From NCBI GenBank assembly GCA_964016885.1, contig OZ024755.1, positions 28,768,001 through 28,832,000 of the forward strand: a stretch of DNA of 64,000 bases, in the 5' to 3' direction. Positions 54,913-64,000 of the stretch are shown piece by piece. The notes under the pieces are model-generated. The model saw only the letters and a program-made list of their open reading frames with translations, ran no database searches and had not been told where the DNA came from. The position numbers and the translations under genes are program-made. How positions within the stretch are numbered: the first letter of the stretch is position 1; every line of letters starts with the position of its first letter. Source of the DNA: Eledone cirrhosa (Eukaryota).

Positions 54913-55500
54913 ATTGTATATCATATTTATCTTAAGATATGTTATATATCATATTTATTTTAAGATATGTTATATATGTTATATATCTTAAGATATATTG
55001 TATATCATATTTATCTTAAGATATGTTATATATCTTATTTATTTTAAGATATGTTATATATCTTATATATCTTAAGATATATTGTATATCATATTTATTT
55101 TAAGATATGTTATATATCTCATTTATCTTAAGATATGTTATATATGTTATATATCTTAAGATATGTTAAATATCTTATATATCTTAATATATGTTGTATA
55201 TCATATTTATCTTAAGATATGTCATATATCATGTTTCTCTCAGGTTATCATATTTATCGTTTCATTTATCATATTTATCTCCAGATATTTCAATTATCAC
55301 ATTTCTCTTAAGATACCTTATTTATCATATTTGTGTCAAGATATATTTATCATATATGTCTAAAGATATATCATTTATCATATTTATCTGAAGTTATTAT
55401 TCATCAAATTTATCTCAATATATTTCATTTATCATATTTGTCTGAAGTTATTATTTTACTTACCATATTTATCACAAGTTGTTGTTTTATTTAGCATACA
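54913..55500. repeat. About 28-bp AT-rich minisatellite decaying rightwards
   Basis: TATATCATATTTATCTTAAGATATGTTA units. Confidence 0.9.
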
Positions 55501-56928
55501 TATCTTAAGTTGTTTTATTTATCACATATATCTAAAACATTCCTCTATTTATCATTTATCGAACGTAAATTACTTTCATATTTTAATGTTAACCACCATC
55601 TTACATTTGAATTTGTGGTTTTAAGAGATAAAACTCACTCTGGCCCGCTTAAAGTTTATATTTTTGAATGTAATCAGAAGAATAAATACGTGGATAAATA
55701 TCCATGTACCAGTGAAAATATACAGATAAACTAGCTTGTACAGAAGCTTAACAACAGATACATGTATGTACAGGAATATATGGATTATGTCGAAATATAT
55801 TAATGCAGTTACACACGTGCATGGCTTTGGTTTCTACATTTACATGCCCATTGTCAATATATACATGTAGGAATACGATTGAATTTCTTGAAACGTTATT
55901 TATGTATGCGTTTGTCAATAACGAACAAGTGTCTGTAAAAAGCATGTCTGTGAAAATATATATGCTTGTGTATGTAGGTGTGTGCATGAATACATGTTTA
56001 TATAAAGGTGTGAATTTGTTATAATTATGCGAGGGTATATGCATATGCACACATATGCATATGCACACATGCGAAGGAATAGAGGTAAGCATATGTGCAC
56101 AAATATGAATCTACGTATACATTCGACAACAGTAGCCAATTTTTCCTAGTAGATAAGCGCTAGATATATTTTCATAATAATTTAAATGATGTTCCCACAT
56201 TATTCTTCCGCCATTCATATTCATTTAAAATTTACAAATTAGCTCTTTCATCACATGAATAATTCAAAGAGTTATATAGAAAGAGACATACATACATACA
56301 TACATACATACATACATACATACATACATACATACATACATACGTACGTGCATACATATATACATACATACATTAGATTACATTATATTACTTGCATAAC
56401 GTAAGCAGTCGCATTTATGATGTGGGAGACTATTCATTAAATTTTAAATGAACGCTATCTCTAATTGTAATGCCACAACTGTCAGCTTTGTAAATTACCG
56501 GGTTTTTTTTTCTGATCGCATTCACTGAAGACACATTCTATTCAAAATTGTAGAGATAGCTGTCTCGAATATGGAATCACAATACACGTAAGAGAAACAT
56601 AACTAAGATACTGTCCAGTTTAAATTAATTTGAAGTTCGTCCCTACATTACACTAAAATACTACATTATCAATGGTGATTCTCTTGAGACAATGATATGA
56701 AAACTTTAGTATGAGCGAGCACGAGGAAGAGACGGGATGTTGATATCTGTTAAAAAAAAAATGATTTTTCTGTCGGAATCCTCTTATCATCATTTATCCC
56801 CAATGTCTCCAATGGAGATACACAAATAGTAAAAATGTTGGCATTAGTAAAGACAAAGACACCCACATGATAAAATACTTCCGACAAATATCGTGCCTGA
56901 ATTATTGTATAAAATATCTTTAACCTAC

Positions 56929-56986
56929 CTGTGACCCTTCCTACAGCAATTCTGTGATAATAACAATATCTTCGTTGACGGGAAAA
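56929..56986 (-). CDS. Candidate internal exon
   Basis: Acceptor CCTTTATTCCCTGCAG and donor CAG/GTAGGT; frame FSRQRRYCYYHRIAVGRVT. Confidence 0.2.
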
Positions 56987-57234
56987 CTGCAGGGAATAAA
57001 GGAATTCAGAGTTTTCCTGAGCACCTCAATTAAAAGACCTGTGATGTCAAGTGTACAGTGACATAGGAGGGACTTGGATACAGTCTGACTGCATTGCAAA
57101 AAAGGATTCGTACATTAATCACAGCCATAGAACAACTCACTTCCCCATGGGACACTAATCTGAAGTTAAATAGAGGTTGTGAGGTGTCAGGTGATGCCCG
57201 TGATAGTAGGGTGATTCCGAAGAATGAGCTCTAT

Positions 57235-57420
57235 AGATAAAGAACTTAACCACAAGTATATGGTCCGAACGTGGAAGAGCCGAACTCCCACTGTCATCGC
57301 CGCCATCTCGCTTGTCCTCCCCATTTCTCTCTATGGTGAGCAAATGGGGTCTCCCCACGATCTAGCCTCCCCACAACCCCGGCGGACAGAATGGAGAAGG
57401 CGTTTCCCCGGAGGATGGAA
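57235..57420 (-). mobile_element. CRE-clade 3' end and UTR
   Basis: [10 protein letters not shown]; the UTR is shared with 59800-59980. Confidence 0.7.
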
Positions 57421-57856
57421 AAGTACACACCACTTATAATTTTTAAAATGAAGCGCTTATAATTTGTTCACAAAATCACTAACCCTAACCCTAACACAAA
57501 CTTTTTTTGTAGATGATCTGGGTGTGTATGCCAAAATGTATGTTATGATGAACCTCGTTATGACATTCTAGAGATATCTAGCATGATTGTAAAGCGAAAG
57601 AAACATCGATATTAATGGCTAAACTGTTTCCAGAGTATCATATATGTAACATATCCTTATGGACCCATGAAACTATATACTATCCTATGATGGAATATGT
57701 ATCAATGAAGAAGTAACCAGGTAATAAACGTTACTGCGTACACTAAATCAGGGCCCACAATATGTTTGGTGTACCTGTACCTATACCAAGATTTTGAGTA
57801 CTTGACTAGATGTTAAAACCTAAAAGAAATATATACAGTATCGTAAATTTACACAA

Positions 57857-58053
57857 TAATTGTTTCTACTTTTGGTACAAGGCCAGCAATTACCCAGTAC
57901 ATTACTGGTACTTTATTTACATTACTGGTACTTTATTTTATCGACCCTGTAAGGATGAAAGGCAAAGTGAACCTCGGCGGGATTTGGACTCAGACCGTAA
58001 AGACACGTAACTATGCTGGAAAGCATGGCGTCCGACTCTCTACCGGTACTGCC
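57857..58053 (-). mobile_element. tRNA-derived SINE
   Basis: Matches the SINE consensus, with a 20-bp internal duplication. Confidence 0.85.
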
Positions 58054-58479
58054 AAGGGTACGACCGCAAACCTGTCGGAGAGCGAGCGGTACAGGTAGGA
58101 AGACATTACAGACAATTTCAGTCGGTTTCACTAAATATTACCGTAACATATCTAAACGAAACGAAACGAAACAAAAATTTACACAATAATGACATAAACT
58201 GCATCTTCCTAAAATGTAACGAGGGACACTGATGCTAAATACCAATCAAAACAACTTTAATGTCGCATCATAACCTTACGACAACATTTATTGACAACCA
58301 ATCGTAGACGCCCTTCCATAGAACACGTATATCTAAATGAGGCAGATAATTTTATGAGAGGAAAAGACCCTATAGAAAACATAGATAGGGATGTAAATAA
58401 AACACTTGCGTTAGGATGAAACGATGGTTAGTTATTAGATATTTGAAAGATTAAACACTCTTTGATTATTATTTAAATT

Positions 58480-58668
58480 GCGGTGAATTTGCAGTATCGG
58501 TAGAGGGTTGGACGCCATGCTTTCTAGCATAGTTACGTCCCTTTACGGTCTGAGCTCAAATCCCGTCGAGGTTCACTTTGCCTTTCATCCTTACGGGGTC
58601 GATAAAATAAAGTACCCGTAATGTACTGGGTAATTGCTGGCCTTGTCCCAAAAGTAGAAACAATTATT
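58480..58668 (+). mobile_element. tRNA-derived SINE
   Basis: Matches the SINE consensus. Confidence 0.9.
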
Positions 58669-59214
58669 TACATTGTACAATCATACAGATATTTATGAAG
58701 GCATATAAATAATTCAGGGACATACATTAAAATATTACACAGCTAAAGCCATCGTGAAGTAAAACATTTGTAATGTTTGTGTTAACATATTCAAATTTGA
58801 GATACGTATTGTTCATATCTGCCGACTTGTGATCGCTGTGAAAACGCACGCCCAAATGTTTTTACCAACACGTTGCCATCTGCTTAACCAGTGCACAGAT
58901 TCGCAATGGTATTCTGAACATCTAAAGCAAACCAAATTTTGGGGTGTGCCAATTTTAAATAATTCGACCATGACGCTGAAATTTATTTTTAAATTTCCAT
59001 CATCTGTGTATTATTTGTCCGTTTTTTTTCTATGTAACTCTAACACTTTGGATAGTCATATAAATTTAGAGGAGTTAATATTTGTTTTTATCCCACACTA
59101 TCGAAGTATGTATTTGAAACTGCGATCTTTTTATTCGGCAAATATCTCGTTTCGTTTAGATATCTTACGGTAATATTTAGTGAGATCGACGGAAATAGTC
59201 TGTAAGGTCTTCCT

Positions 59215-59455
59215 ACAAGTACCGGTCGCTCTCCGACAGGTTTGCGGTCGTACCCTTGGCAGTGGAGACTTCTGGTGTCATTGGCCCTAGGGATACCTCC
59301 CTACTCACCACCATCGGAGCTGAGCTGGCCAGCTACGGGTGCGATCCTCGTGAGTTGGAATGGCTCTTCCAGCGTCTCTCCTTTATCATCCTCCGGGGAT
59401 GTGGGGCGGCCAGCACGTGGGACCCCATTTGCTCACCATGCAAGAGAGATGGCGA
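59215..59455 (+). mobile_element. CRE-clade RLE 3' fragment
   Basis: KYRSLSDRFAVVPLAVETSGVIG...ELEWLFQRLSFIILRG. Confidence 0.75.
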
Positions 59456-59799
59456 GACACTTTATTTCACGTTGCTCCTTCTACCTGGAGTTGCGACGGA
59501 TAAATAATATTAAGAATTGGAAATACCAACGGAAAGATTGTTTCTTTGGTTCGATTTGACCAAGGTCTATCGACGAAATGTTTTTAGTGTCAATAAAAGC
59601 TCCTCCACGCCAGACTGGTCATGCCGCAGATCAAAGATAAGCATTGTGATGTCCAATACGCTATACTGATTGTATTTTAAAATCAATATTCCCAAAACTT
59701 TGATTGAGAGCATTGACCCCGCAGGTGATGTATTTTGTAGAGCATATTATTATGAAGTTTCGTAACTACTATCTATTACTCAGATTGTCAATAAAATAG

Positions 59800-59980
59800 T
59801 CCAGCGCATCTCCCTTACCATTCTCCGGGGAAACGCCTTCTCCATTCTGTCGGCCGGGGCTGTGGGCGGGGCCAGGACGTGGGACCCCATTTGCCAACCA
59901 TACAGAGAGATGGAGGAGATGACAGTGGGAGTTCGGCTCTTCCACGTTCGGACCATATCCTTGTGGTTGTGTTCATTAAG
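59800..59980 (+). mobile_element. CRE-clade 3' end and UTR
   Basis: [19 protein letters not shown]. Confidence 0.75.
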
Positions 59981-60056
59981 CATTTAATGAGTCTGTTTAT
60001 GTATAGACTCAATAGTGTGCAATATGTAATATATGTTTTTGTTCTCCCTTCCAAAA

Positions 60057-60163
<107 letters not shown>

Positions 60164-60399
60164 AATCTACTAAAACATTCCGTATTTCTTTAAAATTAGA
60201 TACACACACACATCTTTTTCTTTCATAACTATTCATACTTATTGTCTACTCCAACGAGTTCTTTTAGGGTCCAGTTCAGAATATGTTAGATGGAATCCGA
60301 AATAGATAAGAAATGAGAGAGGGAAAAAGAGAAGAAAAAAATCAATAGGATCATTAGAACATCTGGCTGATAGAATGACAAGTCAGTCAATCATATTGG

Positions 60400-60560
60400 T
60401 GGCCTCCCCACACCCTGGCGGACAGATTGGAGACGCGCTGGAAAAGCCATTCCTGCTCGCGAGGATCACATTTTGCGGCTGGCCAGCTCAGCGCCTATGA
60501 TAGTGAGTAGGGAGGTAGCCCTAAGGCCGAGGACACCAGAAGTCTCCACTGCCAAGGGTA
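60400..60560 (-). mobile_element. CRE-clade fragment
   Basis: PLAVETSGVLGLRATSLLT. Confidence 0.7.
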
Positions 60561-61085
60561 CAACCAAAGGTACAACTTTCTGTAAATATAAATTCCCCGA
60601 GATACATTTAAAACATTGCACTCAATTTGAAAACTGCACAGTGTCTCTAACTGTATGTTTGTATATATACAATCATAGTTCATTAATTTTGTCATCTTAA
60701 TTTTGAATGGTTCTGACCTATATAAAACTAATTATAAAACTAATTAGATTTCAAGATTGCAAACAGACCAGAAATACAAAACAAACCTTCTTCAGAATAA
60801 TTACGCGGAATCTGATGATTTGAGTGAATTATTAGCCCTACAACAGTTCCCCGCTACTTTAACAAATGATTTATCTCCAAACATACAAATAACCGGTAAT
60901 ATTGAGAAATAGAGTAAGATGTTCATACGTAAAACATCAGAATCCTTCTGGCGAATGCATTTACGTAGACATAAAAAGGAGGAAACTTTTAGTTGCGCAT
61001 GGAATCAATCGTACACGTAATTATCAAACATGAATGTTGAATACATTCGAAGCGTGCAATTATCATACACATATATACACACAAT

Positions 61086-61479
<394 letters not shown>

Positions 61480-61524
61480 AAAATAACAGGAGGCTTGACT
61501 GGTGTAATGCCTTAAACGTTTATT

Positions 61525-61582
61525 ATACTATGAACATTTCAATGACCGGGTTCAGTATGAATCCGGTGACATCATCAGGTAT
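61525..61582 (-). ncRNA. Type-I hammerhead ribozyme
   Basis: ATAC-CTGATGA-ACCGG/CCGGT stem-GAAATGTTCATA-GTAT-AATAAA. Confidence 0.75.
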
Positions 61583-61714
61583 TCGAATAAGGGATATAAT
61601 CCATGGGGCTATAAAGGCAGAGACAAGACGGGGGCCACACATTTAGCAGTTTCTGTGGTGAACCAACAAACCTAAATGTACATATATATGTGTGTGTGTG
61701 TCTATCTATCTATT

Positions 61715-62363
<649 letters not shown>

Positions 62364-63267
62364 TAGGGATATGGGCTTGTTTGTGTGTTTGTCTGAATCT
62401 GACGTGAATCTTTTGCCTGAAGGTGCTTGCTTCATACACATTTGAGTAACATACTTACCCAACATATGTTTGAAGTCTGAAAATAAAAGTATAATAATTA
62501 TACTGATAAAGTGATTCCTTTATTCAACATAAGCCCGTTGTTTTTATCCAGAAAATGTACAAATAATGATCCATAGATTTAAACATAAAGATGTCTGATC
62601 ATAGAAATTCTAAAGAGACACCCACGAACATACATTCACAGACACATACATATACGCCTAATTATATTCCTACATGTATAAATAAATACTTTGATATGCG
62701 AAGGTGGAAAACCTGACTGGATTAGTAATGATTCTCAAAGGAATCATTATTCTGTGAAATTCAAGATAATAAATTATGAAAATCGATAAAAGTAAGGATT
62801 CAACTGTGATTCCTTTGATGTTACCTACTATACCGTCCGATATCTTCCTTAGAAACAACCCGAAGCATGCCGATATTCATTGAGATGTAATTGCTGTGAA
62901 TTTGCAATGTAATGACTGTGCAAGTGTTCATATTGTCGTGCTGAGGTTTCTCAATATTTTAAATTGTTGACTTCCAAAGGACAATGATAAAAACTACGTA
63001 ACTGGAGAGTAAATATTCCTGTATTTCCGTTTCTATATCTTGGATGTTAACCTCGAGATAGTTAGTAATTTAATATATCGAGTATCGGTCTTCAAATTAA
63101 GTATTAATAGGCCAGTACGTTTCGATTTTGTTAATGCGCTTTTAACCTGAGAATTATAGAAACATTTAAGCAGAAAATAATATGTACGATTATTGTTCCT
63201 GTTAGCGTTTAGTTAAATATCTGCTTTGATCCTGTAGTTGGTTATATTCAATATATAATAACAAAAT

Positions 63268-63473
63268 CAGTATCGGTTAGACGTTGGACAACATGCTTTG
63301 CGGCATAGAGTTACGGTCTTTTTTACGTTCTGAGTTCAAATTCCGCCGGGGTTAGCTTTGCCTTTCATCTTTAGGGTGTCGATAAATAAGTACCAGTAAT
63401 TCGCTGGTATGCATTTAATCGACTTTCCCCTGACCCCACACTTGTTGGTTTCGTGCCTAAATCAGAAATCATT
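63268..63473 (+). mobile_element. tRNA-derived SINE
   Basis: Matches the SINE consensus. Confidence 0.85.
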
Positions 63474-63703
63474 ATATGCAGTACATCGAACAAATACATT
63501 CCTGTTCGCTCTACATATATACATGTATTGTGATTTATTTCAAACCCTGCCAACCATTATTGAGCAGATATTCAAGACAATCCTACTTTGAACCTAACGC
63601 TTCATTAACCAACGATCTCTGCAATTTTTAAAGGGTGCAGTGATGATATAACTGGTGTTTCCAACAATCATATTTAACGGTTCCTTAACTCGCATAGACA
63701 TAC

Positions 63704-63765
63704 CAATCGAGTTTGTATAGCAGCTAAATTACAGTCTTCTGCCAATATGCTAATGTCACAACATT
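63704..63765 (-). CDS. Candidate internal exon
   Basis: Acceptor CATTTCGTTTCAG and donor TTG/GTATGT; only one frame is open: CCDISILAEDCNLAAIQTRL. Confidence 0.3.
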
Positions 63766-64000
63766 CTGAAACGAAATGCGACAAGTAACGGTAAACATAT
63801 AGAAAAATAGATTCTGTTTCTTGTGAATATTGTTAGAGATCTTGATCAGACATGTTGACATTCCGAACGATAAACGGATGTTCATATTTTTGGTTAAAAT
63901 ACGAAAAAGCTAGCTTGGTTTCAAAATTATTACAGTTTACGTGTTTTGAACTGTTTGTATCATTTTATCTCATTGTGTACTCTGTAAAAATATGTAAATT

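Noticed and set aside
54913-55500. CRISPR-like regular repeats
   Set aside because: No unique spacers, eukaryotic context, no cas genes.
57480-57495. TAACCCTAACCCTAAC telomere-like motif
   Set aside because: Only about 2.5 units and internal.

Overview
This 64-kb window is very AT-rich, non-genic-looking eukaryotic DNA. The SINE types and microsatellite load suggest an octopod cephalopod, which is inferred and not proven. Nearly all ORF-track entries are translations of (TA)n, (CA)n or (GA)n tracts, and no intact gene is visible; only a few weak minus-strand exon candidates exist. Recognisable content: about 30 copies of one tRNA-derived SINE, fragments of Tx1/L1, RTE, CRE and R4/Dong non-LTR retrotransposons, a mariner fragment amplified as a 78-bp tandem repeat, Helitron 3' ends and AT-rich satellites. 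The most striking pattern is that much of the 'unique' DNA between (TA)n tracts consists of short (150-450 bp) non-coding fold-back elements from about 10 or more apparently unrelated families. They carry minimal type-I hammerhead ribozymes (about 25 motifs, often with a palindromic stem III and variant cores), often followed by AATAAA and a one-sided tail. This fits a (TA)n-targeting swarm of Penelope-like/retrozyme-like retroelements.
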